Positions 63,360-64,000 of a stretch of DNA of 64,000 nucleotides are shown here, in pieces. A program made the position numbers and the translations under genes. Within the stretch, counting starts at the first letter, position 1, and every line of letters begins with the position of its first letter. Source of the stretch: Curvularia clavata (Eukaryota); assembly GCA_023920165.1 (NCBI GenBank), contig CP089274.1:2852001-2916000 (forward strand). Reading direction: 5' to 3'. The notes under the pieces are model-generated. The model had not been told where the DNA came from. It searched no databases and saw only the letters and a list, made by a program, of their open reading frames with translations.

Positions 63360-64000
63360 ATACCCTCTCTTTGGTTTCTCTCTATTCCTAACATCCTTTT
63401 TCTTTGGTTAATTGCATACGTCATTATCAAACGCTCACGACCTGTCTATCTCTATTTCTCTCATTCATTTTCTAGGCACATGACCGGTTAGGCGGGGTTG
63501 CGGTTTTTGGATAACGCTCTTATTTTGCGCGTTTGGCGCTCGGTGGTATTGTGGGTTTCGTGGAACGCACAGCTTGTGCTTTACACATACACATATAGTA
63601 CAGTACATACACTACACGCCTCACTGATTGGGCTTGGCATAGGCTTGGGTACAAGGCATTTGTTCTTCCTCTATCTTCCTCTCTTTTTGTATATTGATCA
63701 ACGGCATTTCAGAACCAAGAGGTTGGGTATCCCGATGATCTCCGCTAAATAAACAGGATTCCAACAAGATGCGGGGATGGCACGTAGTGTATGTGGGGGA
63801 GAATGGGTACGCGGAGAACAAAGCCGCGCAGGGCAAGTCCGAAGCTACGGACGGCCATGTGTGTACATAGTAACTATGTTGTCACCATCCAGTATGCAAG
63901 CCAACGGACGGACGGACGGATGCTCGGCCATTCAGTCGGACAAACACATGCTCCCAAAGGGCCCTATCTATGACGCCATCATCCATGGATTCTTAATCAA

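Overview
Gene-dense, intron-containing region of a filamentous ascomycete genome (Dothideomycete/Pleosporales-like by gene style; inference). About 33 protein-coding genes are supported, mostly conserved housekeeping genes: ATL1, BUD13, GatA, Pex23/30-like, PAM16, TRF4, IST2, NDUFAF7, CDK11, RNPS1, profilin, RPS14, TYR1, NAPE-PLD, CLG1-like cyclin, RPL7, ARP5, DAD4, IES6, GOT1, NSE1 and ARO4. A few accessory genes are also present: a HET-domain protein, a lipase/esterase, an SDR and two small secreted Cys-rich peptides. Features the ORF track misses: (1) an snR13-like box C/D snoRNA inside what looks like an intron nested within TYR1 intron 1; (2) an snR39B-like snoRNA with compensatory non-canonical C/D boxes and a long flanking stem in RPL7 intron 2; (3) a dispersed, sequence-variant 5S rRNA gene; (4) a three-exon 25-aa metallothionein; (5) two spliced secreted Cys-rich peptide genes, one with a knottin pattern; (6) a probable GC-AG intron. 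Genes for known physical partners also sit close together (ARP5/IES6; CDK11/RNPS1). Exon boundaries were read by eye, and family assignments come from recalled motifs, not database searches.
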